Below are positions 39,814 to 49,444 of a DNA stretch of 64,000 bases, piece by piece. The notes under the pieces were generated by a model, which worked only from the letters and a program-made list of their open reading frames with translations, ran no database searches and was not told where the DNA came from. Source of the DNA: Endomicrobium sp. (GTDB taxonomy: Bacteria; Elusimicrobiota; Endomicrobiia; Endomicrobiales; Endomicrobiaceae). The DNA is taken from assembly GCA_031290625.1 (NCBI GenBank), contig JAITND010000044.1, forward strand, positions 1,470-65,469, read 5' to 3'. Every line of letters starts with the position of its first letter. The stretch's first letter is position 1. The position numbers and the translations under genes were made by a program.

Positions 39814-40860
39814 ATGGTAGAAATAAAGGAGCAGCGGGTGAACAAAATAGGCATAGTTTGTACAGTGGGACCAGCGATACGTTCCCTTGAAATTTTAAAG
39901 AATTTAACCGATAGCGGTATGGCTATAGTAAGGCTTAATTTTTCGCACGGAACTTTTGCGGAGTATGAAAAAGACATCGCTTTGGTAAGAACTTTAAACG
40001 AGCGGTATAAGAAAGATATAAAAATTCTCGCCGATTTGGAAGGACACAGAATAAGAGTTGGTAAAATTGAAGGCGGCAAGGTAGAATTAAAGAAAGGTCA
40101 ACGGCTTATTCTTACTAATAAAGATATAGTAGGAAACAGTAAAGAAATTTCAATAGACTATCTAAATCCTCTTACGGATATTACAAATGGTCTTACAATT
40201 TTTATAGACGATGGCAACCTTGTGTTAAAAGTTTTATCTTCAAAAGAAGACGAGATTGTTACAGAAGTTCGGACGGAGTATGTTTTAAAGACGCATAAAG
40301 GCGTAAATATTCCCGATGCAAAATTAAGATTTAAACCTTTAGAAGATAAAGACCGTAAAAGTTTGCTTTTTGCTTTGGGTCAAAACGTTGATTATGTGGC
40401 GAATTCTTTCGTTAGAGATGCTGCCGATATGCAGCCTATAATAGACATAGTAAAAGAGCGGAAAGCCAAATGTGAACTCGTAGCTAAAATTGAAGATATG
40501 TCTGGAATCAATAATATTGACGAAATTCTTGATGTTGTTGAAGGAATAATGGTCGCCAGAGGCGACATGGGCGTATCTTTGCCTGTTTACTCAGTGCCTG
40601 TAATGCAAAAATACATAATAAAAAAATGCAAGGCGCGCAATAAGTTTGTAATCACGGCTACGCAAATGTTGGAAAGTATGATTAAAAATCCTGTTCCTAC
40701 AAGAGCAGAGGTCAGCGATGTGGCTAATGCAGTTTTGGACGGAACCGACTATACAATGCTTTCAGCTGAAACATCGGTAGGGCGTTATCCTGAGAAAGCT
40801 GTTGCTATGATGGACAACGTTATAAAGTACACGTTGGAAAATAAATCAAAGATAGCCTAG
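39814..40860 (+). CDS. pyk: Pyruvate kinase, short form without C-terminal domain
   Basis: IVCTVGPA, RLNFSHG, AKIE, MVARGDMG, TATQMLESM, PTRAEVSDVANAV.DG.D..MLS.ET; ends at 348 aa. Confidence 0.95.
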   Translation: MVEIKEQRVNKIGIVCTVGPAIRSLEILKNLTDSGMAIVRLNFSHGTFAEYEKDIALVRTLNERYKKDIKILADLEGHRIRVGKIEGGKVELKKGQRLILTNKDIVGNSKEISIDYLNPLTDITNGLTIFIDDGNLVLKVLSSKEDEIVTEVRTEYVLKTHKGVNIPDAKLRFKPLEDKDRKSLLFALGQNVDYVANSFVRDAADMQPIIDIVKERKAKCELVAKIEDMSGINNIDEILDVVEGIMVARGDMGVSLPVYSVPVMQKYIIKKCKARNKFVITATQMLESMIKNPVPTRAEVSDVANAVLDGTDYTMLSAETSVGRYPEKAVAMMDNVIKYTLENKSKIA

Positions 40861-40922
40861 AATTAATTTTTTTGCTAGTTTTTCGGCGGGATCCTTTCTT
40901 TATAGTCGTATTGGGAGAAAAA

Positions 40923-41633
40923 GTGGAAATTGTTTATTCGTTGATAGCCGCAAGCGCGGCAATGCTAGGAGCTTTAATAGTTATAACATTTCATAAATGG
41001 TCTGAAAGAAATTCTTTTCTTATAATAAATTTTGCGGCGGGCGTTATGCTTACGCTTGCTTTTGCTCATTTAATTCCTGAAGGCTTGGAGTTAAATTCCA
41101 ATACAATGTTTTATGCTTTGACTGGTTTTTTGTTTATGTTTTTTTTGCAGTTTATTATTCTATTCCACCCATGTCGCGATCACGAGTGCCGCGCGCACAC
41201 GCATGTAGCTTCTGTTGTAGGTTTATCTCTGCATTCAATTCTTGACGGACTTATGATAACTGTTGGTTTTGAGGCTAATGCAGAATTAGGAATTCTTACG
41301 ACGCTTGCTATTTTGCTTCACAAGCTTCCTGATGGAATAACTATTTCGGGAGTTCTACTTCATAAAGGCGTTTCCAAAAAGAAAATTTTTCTTTTTTCTC
41401 TTCTTACCGCGTTATTTACTCCTCTTGGCGCAATACTAGGGTTATGTTTGTTTAAAGGAATGTCTTTGCATACGCTAGGGGCGTTTTTAGGAGTAACGGC
41501 GGGATCTTTTATTTTTCTTTCAGCTTCAGATTTAATACCGGAAACCCATAAGTCAAAGGATAAAGTTACATCGCTTATGTTGTTTGCAGGAGTGTTTGTC
41601 GTCCTTGCTGCGGAACGTATAATAGGGCGTTGA
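40923..41633 (+). CDS. ZIP-family metal transporter
   Basis: FAAGVML, HLIPE, LH...DG, AILLHK.PDG, DLIPETH. Confidence 0.92.
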   Translation: MEIVYSLIAASAAMLGALIVITFHKWSERNSFLIINFAAGVMLTLAFAHLIPEGLELNSNTMFYALTGFLFMFFLQFIILFHPCRDHECRAHTHVASVVGLSLHSILDGLMITVGFEANAELGILTTLAILLHKLPDGITISGVLLHKGVSKKKIFLFSLLTALFTPLGAILGLCLFKGMSLHTLGAFLGVTAGSFIFLSASDLIPETHKSKDKVTSLMLFAGVFVVLAAERIIGR

Positions 41634-41672
41634 TTATGATATTATTATGAATAATTTTGGAGATTTGCAACA

Positions 41673-42563
41673 ATGAATGAAATAAAGAAGTTTCCATATA
41701 CCGATATTTTGGGCTGGTCTATATCAAGGTACACCAGATTTTCAAACTGCAAACGTCAATATTTCTACGATTATTATGCAAAATACGATAAAGAAAATCC
41801 TCTTGAAAAAATTGTATTTTTAAAAGGGTTAACTTCAAAAGCGTTGGAAATGGGAAATATTATCCACGACGTTATAAGAGACATGCTTCAAAGATTCCAA
41901 AAGAGCTCAAAACCAATAAACAAAGATAAATTTTTCAAATATGCGCTTAATATGACTGAGAAATATTGCGTCGCGAAAACTTTCTTTGAACATTATTATA
42001 ACGGAGATTTAATTTCCGTTCAAGATATATATTTAAAGGTGAAAAGTATATTAGAAAAATTTTTGAATAGCCCCCGCTTTTCTTGGATTGAAAAGAATGC
42101 CGTTCCGCAGAGATCAGAGTGGGTTATAGAACCGCCAGGTTTTGGAGAAACAAGAATAAATAACTATAAAGCTTTCTGCAAAGTTGATTTTTTGTTTCCT
42201 GTCGACGATAAAATATATATTATGGATTGGAAAACTGGGAAAGCCGATGATATTAAACACTCAAAACAATTGATCGGATGCTCTCTTTGGGCAAACTATC
42301 ATTTTGAAAAGAAAGCGGCCGATATTGTGCCTATGGTTGCGTATCTTTATCCTGAATACAAAGAAAGAAATGTAAAGATCAATGATGCATCCATATTTGA
42401 ATTTGCAAATACTGTACAATCAGAGACGAAAGATATGTATGAATATTTGACTGATATTGAGAAAAACATACCTAAAGATAAAAAAGAATTTCCTGTTGCC
42501 CGCGAAGCGTTTTTTTGTAAATACTGCAACTACAAAGAAATTTGCCGCGCAAGTAAATTTTAA
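41673..42563 (+). CDS. Cas4/AddB-like PD-(D/E)XK nuclease with four-Cys cluster
   Basis: WS.S......C.RQY, G.IIH, KVD...IMDWKTG, C-terminal CKYCNYKEIC. Confidence 0.88.
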   Translation: MNEIKKFPYTDILGWSISRYTRFSNCKRQYFYDYYAKYDKENPLEKIVFLKGLTSKALEMGNIIHDVIRDMLQRFQKSSKPINKDKFFKYALNMTEKYCVAKTFFEHYYNGDLISVQDIYLKVKSILEKFLNSPRFSWIEKNAVPQRSEWVIEPPGFGETRINNYKAFCKVDFLFPVDDKIYIMDWKTGKADDIKHSKQLIGCSLWANYHFEKKAADIVPMVAYLYPEYKERNVKINDASIFEFANTVQSETKDMYEYLTDIEKNIPKDKKEFPVAREAFFCKYCNYKEICRASKF

Positions 42564-42623
42564 TAAAATTGCCGCTTTCGCGAGCGTTAAATGGAATTGT
42601 TTGCCAAGAATTACAACTACTCT

Positions 42624-42760
42624 AAAATCTTTGACCCATTTTTCGCGACAAAAAAAGCGGGGAAAGGCGCGGGTCTTGGTTTATCAATGCGTTATGTATG
42701 GCATAGTAGGGGGGTGGGGGTATCGGTTAAAAACATTGTAGGAAAAGGTAGCGACTTTCT
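42624..42760 (+). pseudogene. Remnant of sensor histidine kinase ATPase domain, in frame with rmuC
   Basis: KIFDPFFATKKAGKGAGLGLSM (F and G2 boxes) and SVKNIVGKGSDF (G3-like). Confidence 0.8.
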
Positions 42761-42788
42761 ATATAAAATTTCCGATGCCAAAATAAAT

Positions 42789-43949
42789 ATGAATACGATT
42801 TTGTATATTTTGATTGGATTTGTCGTTGGAGTTTTTTTTGTTTTGTTTAAATATATGGCGGCGGTAAAGGATAATGCCGCTAAAGAACAAAGAATAAAAG
42901 ATTTAGAGGAAAATCTTAAAAAACAATCGGGTGTAAACGATTCTTTAAAAATGGAATTTGAAAATATCGCTTCAAAAGTTTTAGAGGAAAAAAACGCGAA
43001 AATTGCGGATTTAAATAAAGCTTCTTTGGAAAATGTAGTCGCGCCTTTTAAAGTAAAAATTGATGAGTTTAAAAACAAGGTTGAAAATCTTCAGATATAT
43101 GAAGCGGAGAAAATGTCTGGACTACAGAAAGAATTGGAAAAATTAATTAGTCTTAATAAGCAAGTAAGCGAAGAAGCTAACAATCTTGCCGGAGCATTAA
43201 AAGGCGCGAATAAATTACAAGGGATATGGGGCGAACTTACTTTGGAGAGAATTTTTGAATGCGCTGGCATGATAGAAGGCGTGCATTATAGTTCTCAGGA
43301 ACAGTTTAAAGAGGAAAACGGAAGGAAGATTCCAGATTATATAGTTAATTTGCCTGAAGGGAAGAGCATAGTTGTCGACGCAAAAACATCGCTAGGAGCT
43401 TATGAAAAATATTATAGTTCTCAAAATGAAACGGATAAAAAGATTTATTTAAAAGAACACTCTGTAAGCGTAAAAAAACACATTGATGAGCTTGCAGAAA
43501 AAGACTATGCCAATTTACAGGGACTTAACCAACCTGAATATGTTTTAATGTTTGTGACCGTAGAGGGAGCCGTTTCGCTGGCTGTCGCAGATAAACCGGA
43601 TTTAGTAGGCTATGCGTTTAAGAAAAATATTATAATAGTTACGCCGTCGACGCTTTTAACCACCTTAAAAACCGTTGAGTATATTTGGCGTCAAGAAAGC
43701 CAGAAAAAAAATGTTCTTGAAATAGCTAAAGTAGGCGGGAATCTTTACGATAAATTTGTAAGTTTTGCCGAGACTTTGCTTGATGTCGACAGGAAGATAA
43801 CGGAAGCAAAAGATAAAACTGAAGAAGCCGTAAAGAGGCTTTCTTCTCCTGACAAGAAAGGCGATAGTTTGGTTGCGAGAGCTCAAAAGTTAAAAGAACT
43901 CGGATCCCCGACAAGAAAAGAAATGCCTAAAGAGTTGTTAACCGACTAA
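42789..43949 (+). CDS. rmuC: DNA recombination protein RmuC
   Basis: N-terminal TM, coiled coil, QG.WGE..LE, PD.IV.LP....VVDAK.SL, TPSTLL..L, LYDKF. Confidence 0.95.
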   Translation: MNTILYILIGFVVGVFFVLFKYMAAVKDNAAKEQRIKDLEENLKKQSGVNDSLKMEFENIASKVLEEKNAKIADLNKASLENVVAPFKVKIDEFKNKVENLQIYEAEKMSGLQKELEKLISLNKQVSEEANNLAGALKGANKLQGIWGELTLERIFECAGMIEGVHYSSQEQFKEENGRKIPDYIVNLPEGKSIVVDAKTSLGAYEKYYSSQNETDKKIYLKEHSVSVKKHIDELAEKDYANLQGLNQPEYVLMFVTVEGAVSLAVADKPDLVGYAFKKNIIIVTPSTLLTTLKTVEYIWRQESQKKNVLEIAKVGGNLYDKFVSFAETLLDVDRKITEAKDKTEEAVKRLSSPDKKGDSLVARAQKLKELGSPTRKEMPKELLTD

Positions 43950-43974
43950 TAGCGTCGTGTAACTTGAGAATAAA

Positions 43975-44676
43975 ATGAACGGACATAAAACGACGTTGTA
44001 TAAAAGCGAACTTCAAAATAAAGCGCTAGAACTTAGAAAAGAACTTGATAAGAAGGAGTTAGATCTTATTTTTGATGATAATTTTTTTAGAGATTATCTT
44101 GTAAAAATTGTTGTTAAAACAAAAAAAGGAATAACAAAAGGAAATTTATTTATCTATTATAAACCGACAAAAGACGCGTATTCTTTGAAAAGGCAAATAA
44201 AAGATACTCAAACAGATTTGCTTATAGATTTGTCATGGAATGCGATTAACGATTCTGAGACTTATGCGGCTGACAGCGGTATTTACGAGGCTTTTGTAGA
44301 CGGTTCATACATTAATGGAACTACGGGTTACGGCGCTGTTATTTATCTTGGCGATGAAATAAAGGCGGAACTTTCAGGAACGGTTCCCAATACGCAGTTT
44401 AGACAATTTGGCGGAGAATTGAAATCTGTTCTTGAAACTTTAAAATGGTGCGATGAAAATTATGTTGAAAAGATAAGAATCAACTATGATTATGAGGGTA
44501 TAGAAAAATTTGCCTTGGGAAAATGGAAAGCGGGCAACGAACTTTCAAAAGAGTACGTAGATTTTATTTGCCGAACGAAAGTGGAAATTGAATGGCGGCA
44601 TATAAAAAGCCATACGGGGAATATAAAAAATGATAAAGCTGATTTGCTAGCAAAACGCGCGGCAAGCAAGCGGTAA
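43975..44676 (+). CDS. Ribonuclease HI-family protein with about 100-aa N-terminal extra domain
   Basis: AFVDGSY, GEL, YDYEGI, KSHTG...NDKAD.LAK catalytic D-E-D-H-D pattern. Confidence 0.88.
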   Translation: MNGHKTTLYKSELQNKALELRKELDKKELDLIFDDNFFRDYLVKIVVKTKKGITKGNLFIYYKPTKDAYSLKRQIKDTQTDLLIDLSWNAINDSETYAADSGIYEAFVDGSYINGTTGYGAVIYLGDEIKAELSGTVPNTQFRQFGGELKSVLETLKWCDENYVEKIRINYDYEGIEKFALGKWKAGNELSKEYVDFICRTKVEIEWRHIKSHTGNIKNDKADLLAKRAASKR

Positions 44677-44720
44677 TTTGTATAATTATTTGCTAACATT
44701 TTTTCAAGGGAGGAACAAAC

Positions 44721-45060
44721 ATGTCAAACTTGAAAAGCGCATTTTATGCAAGCATTGGTCTTGTGTTAAAGAGTAAGGATAAGGTTGAAGCCGCGGCAAG
44801 AAAATTTGTTAAAGATAACAAAGTTGAGGCTGCGAGGTGGTGGTGGGTAAAAAGTTTATAGACAAAACAGTCAAACACGTGGAAGCTGCGAAAAGGGACT
44901 TGTCAAAAAAGTTTAATGGAGCGGTAAAAAACGCAGTTGATAAAATGGGTCTGATAACTCGTAAAGAAGTAAAAGTTTTAAAAGAAGAACTACGTCGTTT
45001 TAAAAAGCAGTTAAGCAAGTTTAATAGTCCTTCTAAAAAATCAAAAAAAAGAAGAAGTAA
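44721..45060 (+). pseudogene. Phasin-like (COG3937-type) small helical protein, frameshifted
   Basis: SD GGGAGGA, MSNLKSAFYASIGLVLKSKDKVE; continues in other frame GKKFID..V..AVDKMGL.TR.EV..L; shift at GGTGGTGGTGGG. Confidence 0.65.
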
Positions 45061-45072
45061 TTTTTCTAAACC

Positions 45073-45115
45073 AAAAGCCTTCGGCATGTATATCTTTCAT
45101 GCCGAAGGCTTTTTT
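45073..45115. terminator. Bidirectional intrinsic terminator
   Basis: AAAAGCCTTCGGCATG-9 nt-CATGCCGAAGGCTTTT between convergent genes. Confidence 0.85.
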
Positions 45116-46892
45116 ATTTATGTTTTTCTTCTTCCGTTGGCTGAGAAGCCATTTCTGACGTCGCGGCTAGTAGATTCTGGTTCTCTAAGTCGTCAAGAAG
45201 CAATGAGGTCAGGGCTTTTGCTACTTCGGCTTCTTCAAAGGCAACTTGCGTAACTCCGGCTTGTTTTAGATTTTCTTTATGATCTAAGAACCGAGATCTG
45301 GCGAGTATTCTTATTTTGGGATTTAAAGATGAAGCGAGAGTCGCTGTCTCCAACGTTAAGGTTAAAGACGGTGTGGTAATAATTAAGTAATCTGCGTTTT
45401 TTATTCCCGCTGCAAATAAAATTTCTTTTTGCGAAGAATTTCCGTATACGACACAAAATCCTTGAGCGCTTAAACTGTTTATGGTGTCTATATTTATGTC
45501 GATAATAACCGGTTTTACATTTTGTTCTTTTAATGCGTTTACAACTTGTTTTCCAGTTGGACCGTAGCCGACGACTATTGCGTTACTTTGAGCCGTAAAG
45601 TCTTGCGCCGGAAGAATTTTTTGCACAAATTGTTTGCTTTTATTATTGTTATCGCCTTTTCTCGCGACATTGAAATTTAAAATATTCCACAATGGTTTCT
45701 TTGTTTTTAAAAAGTTTTCGATTGACGGTATTTTTGAAAATACCAAAGGGTTCAACGTTATTGAAATAATTGCGCAGACTACTATTGCATTGTAAACTTC
45801 GTTGCCTGCTAGATTTAAACGTCTTGCTTCCTGAGCTAGTATAAATGAAAATTCTCCTACTTGAGCAAGACCCGCCGCAACCGTAAGAGCAGTTTTTGGA
45901 GAATAACCAAGTACGGAAACAGTAATCAACGCAGTTAACGGTTTTATCAATAAAACTATTGCGAGACATACGCATATAAGAGCGGGGTATTCAATTAAAA
46001 ATTTAAAGTCAAAGAGCATTCCTACCGACAAGAAAAACAAAACCGCAAAAGCGTCTCTAAGTGGTAAAATATCGGCTCCTGCTTGATGACTTAATTTGCT
46101 CTTTCCTACGACCATTCCGCCTAAGAAAGCTCCTAAAGCAAATGACGCTTGGAATACAAAAGCAGCTATGACCGCCGTTGCAAAGGCTATTACTAACACT
46201 GCAAGAGTAAACAGCTCTTGAGATCGTGTTTTTACAATTTTTGACAAAATCCATGGAACAATTTTCCCGCCGCCTTTTATTACAATAATCCATAACAGAG
46301 TTATGCGCAATAACGCTATGCTTATAGCTTTTAGTATATCAAGACTTCCGGATGTCGCGCTTGAATTCAATAAGATTGCCGAAAGGCTTGGGAGAACGAC
46401 TAGTATTAGTACGGTTAAAATATCTTCTACTATGAGCCAGCCGACTGCTACATGACCGTGTACTGTGTTTACAGTATCATTATCTTCCAAAACTCTTAAA
46501 AGTACTACGGTGCTGGCAACAGCAAGTCCAAAACCTAATATCAAGGCGGACTTCAAACTAAGACCCAAAGCTAAAGCCAGAAATGTAGTAAACGCAGCAG
46601 CAATGCTGCTTTGTATTATGGCCCCTGGTATAGCCGCTCCTTTAACCGCTATCAAATCATCAAGTTTAAAATGCAGCCCTACGCCAAACATTAAAAGAAT
46701 AACTCCAGCTTCGGAAAGCTGGAGCGCTAGAGCGGGATCTGCGGTAAAACCAGGCGAAGACGGACCTATAAGAAAACCAGCTAATAAATACCCTACTATA
46801 GAAGAAAGTCCAATTTTTTGGGTTATAAAACCAAAAGTTAACGCAAGACCAAATCCTATGGCCATAATTTCAAGCAATTTATATTCGTGCAT
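45114..46892 (-). CDS. CPA2 cation:proton antiporter with TrkA-N domain (YbaL/RosB-like)
   Basis: VGYLLAG..IGP, GVILLMFGVGLHF, GWLIVED, PLRDAFAVLFF.SVGML, AQVGEFSFIL, VVGYGPTG. Confidence 0.94.
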   Translation of the reverse strand: MHEYKLLEIMAIGFGLALTFGFITQKIGLSSIVGYLLAGFLIGPSSPGFTADPALALQLSEAGVILLMFGVGLHFKLDDLIAVKGAAIPGAIIQSSIAAAFTTFLALALGLSLKSALILGFGLAVASTVVLLRVLEDNDTVNTVHGHVAVGWLIVEDILTVLILVVLPSLSAILLNSSATSGSLDILKAISIALLRITLLWIIVIKGGGKIVPWILSKIVKTRSQELFTLAVLVIAFATAVIAAFVFQASFALGAFLGGMVVGKSKLSHQAGADILPLRDAFAVLFFLSVGMLFDFKFLIEYPALICVCLAIVLLIKPLTALITVSVLGYSPKTALTVAAGLAQVGEFSFILAQEARRLNLAGNEVYNAIVVCAIISITLNPLVFSKIPSIENFLKTKKPLWNILNFNVARKGDNNNKSKQFVQKILPAQDFTAQSNAIVVGYGPTGKQVVNALKEQNVKPVIIDINIDTINSLSAQGFCVVYGNSSQKEILFAAGIKNADYLIITTPSLTLTLETATLASSLNPKIRILARSRFLDHKENLKQAGVTQVAFEEAEVAKALTSLLLDDLENQNLLAATSEMASQPTEEEKHK

Positions 46893-46958
46893 TTATATTC
46901 CGTCCAAAGAAAATTGAACAAAGGTATGATATGTAAATTGTGTATAATATACGACATT

Positions 46959-49424
46959 ATGAAAAATTTATCAAAAATTGAAAAGATATTAAATTTAGTA
47001 CAAAAACCAGCAAGATATATAAATAGCGAACTTAACTCTCATCCAGCCGATATGTCTGCGGATTTTTCGGTAGCTTTGTGTTTTCCGGATATTTATGAAG
47101 TTGGAGCTTCAAACTTAGGGCTTGAAATATTGTACCACTTAGTAAACGAGAAGAAACTTGCTCGTTGCGAAAGGGCTTTTGCTCCCGATACGGATTTGGA
47201 AGATATTTTAAGAAGAGAAAATCTCAAGCTATTCTCCTTAGAATCTCATAGCGAATTAAGAAGTTTTGATATTGTTGGAATAACGATACAATGCGAGCTT
47301 GTTGCGACTAATGTTGTTAATATTTTGGATTTATCGGACGTTTCAATATTTTCAAAAGACAGAAAGGAAGACGAGCCTCTTGTAATTGCCGGTGGTCCGG
47401 CGTTAACTAACCCGGAGCCTTTTTGCGATTTTTTTGATTTATTTGTTTTAGGCGACGGCGAAGAAGCTTTGCAAGATATAATAAGGGTATGTAAGGAGGC
47501 CAAAAAGAATAAACTTTCAAGGCTTGAGACGTTAAAAAAACTTTCAAGCGTAGAAGGCGTTTACGTTCCGTCTTTTTACGACGTGCGATATAATGACGAT
47601 AACACGGTAAAATCCGTAACGCCTATTTCATCTGATATAAAGCCTGTAGTAAAAAAGAGGCTTTTAAATCTTGAAAACGCATATTTTCCAGAGAAAAAGA
47701 TAATCCCTTTTGTTGAAACTGTGCACAACAGGTTAAATATTGAAGTTGCAAGAGGTTGTCCGGGACAGTGTCGTTTTTGTCAAGCCTCAAAATACTATCG
47801 TCCTTGGAGGCAGAGACCTCTTGAGAAATTGTTGGGACTTGTAAAAAAAGGCGTAGAAGCTACGGGTTTTGAAGAGATTGCGTTTTCTTCTCTTTCCTGC
47901 AGCGACTATAAACGCTTAGATAAACTTCTTATAGAAACAAACAATTTATACGGCGATTCCAAATTAAATATTTCTTTGCCGTCTTTAAGATGCAACGAAC
48001 GTTCTTTAAAAGTCGCTCAATATATAAACAGAAGTAAAAGACCTACTCTTACGTTTGCTCCAGAAGCAGGCTCCGACAGATTGAGAAACGTCATAGGAAA
48101 ATATCTTTCCGAAAAACAGATTGTTGAGACTTTGCTTACGGCAAATGCTATGGGTTGGAAAGCGATAAAACTTTATTTTATGATAGGTCTCCCTACGGAA
48201 ACTGACGAAGATTTATCAGGAATTGAGCGTTTGGTAAAACTTGTCAAAAAAGAAGCAAGAGGATTAAATTTCACTGTAACAGTTTCTCCTTTTGTGCCAA
48301 AATCGCAGACTGCTTTTCAATGGGCGTCAATGGCGAGCGCAGACTCTATAAAACAAAAAATAGATTTTCTGCATAAATTTCTTCCAGCAGATGTTAAAGC
48401 CCATAATCGCAAGGCAAGCGCGTTAGAGGCTTTGATAGCAAAAGGGGATAGACGTCTTTCAATAGTTATTTATAAAGCGTGGCGGAAAGGAGCTAGATTT
48501 GACCAGCGGGCTGATAAATTTGGCAATAATATATGGGACGAAGCTCTTGCCGAAAGCAATATAGACTTGAATTTTTACGCGTACAGACAAAGAAAGCTTG
48601 ATGAAATTTTTCCGTGGGATCATTTATTTTTCGGTATGTCTAAGAAAGAACTCTACGAAGATTATATTAAAGGTATAAATGAAACAGCGGATATTTTGGT
48701 AAAGCGGTTTGACAAATCAAACTGCTCGTTGCCTGCAAATTATGTTGAACCTACAATCTCCGTTTTGCCTCCCGCTATGCGTGTGCGACTTCGTTTTTCA
48801 AAAAAAGGAGCGATCAAATTTATATCCCACTTGGAACAAATAGAAGTTTTTAGAAGAGCCGCTAGACGTTCAGGTCTTCCAATAGCCTTTACGGCGGGAT
48901 TTAGTTCGCAAGTGAAATCGTCTTACGGTCCGCCATTGTCTATAGGGCAGGAAAGCGCAAGCGAATACATGGAATTATATTTTACGCGGAAAGTTGATAT
49001 ACAAGAAGTTAAAAAAGAGTTTGCGAGAGTTTTGCCGGAAGGGTTTAAAGCGCTTGATGCAAAAAGAGTGCCTTTAAATTTTCCTTCAATAGATATTTTG
49101 TCAAATGTTGCAGAATATGAAATAAAAGGTATTGAAGTAAGCCGAGATAAAATTACCGAATTTTTAACGCAAGATTCAATAATTATTGAAAAAGTAAAAA
49201 AAGGCGAAGGTATAACTGTTGACGCTAAGCCTTTAATAAGGAACTTTATTAGTGAAAACGACGCTTTAAAACTTCAGATGCGTTTTGGCGGCGGCAAAAC
49301 TGTGAAGCCGGAAGCTGTTTTAAATAAATTATTGGAAAATAAAGAAAATTATGGCACAATATACGCCATAGAAAGAACAAATTTGTATATTGAAACTAAG
49401 AAGGGAGAATTGTTTTTGCCATAA
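46959..49424 (+). CDS. TIGR03960-family B12-binding radical SAM protein fused to TIGR03936/DUF2344 domain
   Basis: V.KPARY...E.N, FPD.YEVG.SNLG, RGCPGQCRFCQA (CxxxCxxC), LTFAPEAGS.RLR; C-terminal RF.K.G..KFISHL, F..GF, P.L..G..S..EY. Confidence 0.9.
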   Translation: MKNLSKIEKILNLVQKPARYINSELNSHPADMSADFSVALCFPDIYEVGASNLGLEILYHLVNEKKLARCERAFAPDTDLEDILRRENLKLFSLESHSELRSFDIVGITIQCELVATNVVNILDLSDVSIFSKDRKEDEPLVIAGGPALTNPEPFCDFFDLFVLGDGEEALQDIIRVCKEAKKNKLSRLETLKKLSSVEGVYVPSFYDVRYNDDNTVKSVTPISSDIKPVVKKRLLNLENAYFPEKKIIPFVETVHNRLNIEVARGCPGQCRFCQASKYYRPWRQRPLEKLLGLVKKGVEATGFEEIAFSSLSCSDYKRLDKLLIETNNLYGDSKLNISLPSLRCNERSLKVAQYINRSKRPTLTFAPEAGSDRLRNVIGKYLSEKQIVETLLTANAMGWKAIKLYFMIGLPTETDEDLSGIERLVKLVKKEARGLNFTVTVSPFVPKSQTAFQWASMASADSIKQKIDFLHKFLPADVKAHNRKASALEALIAKGDRRLSIVIYKAWRKGARFDQRADKFGNNIWDEALAESNIDLNFYAYRQRKLDEIFPWDHLFFGMSKKELYEDYIKGINETADILVKRFDKSNCSLPANYVEPTISVLPPAMRVRLRFSKKGAIKFISHLEQIEVFRRAARRSGLPIAFTAGFSSQVKSSYGPPLSIGQESASEYMELYFTRKVDIQEVKKEFARVLPEGFKALDAKRVPLNFPSIDILSNVAEYEIKGIEVSRDKITEFLTQDSIIIEKVKKGEGITVDAKPLIRNFISENDALKLQMRFGGGKTVKPEAVLNKLLENKENYGTIYAIERTNLYIETKKGELFLP

Positions 49425-49444
49425 TTTGTTAAAGCGGAAAAAAG

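Noticed and set aside
41673-42563. Cas4-like gene as evidence of a CRISPR-Cas system
   Set aside because: No repeat-spacer array or other cas genes seen in the window; solo Cas4-like nucleases are common.
44837-45253. 138-aa ORF as a real gene
   Set aside because: It is the out-of-frame second half of the phasin-like pseudogene reading through a terminator into the antisense of the antiporter.
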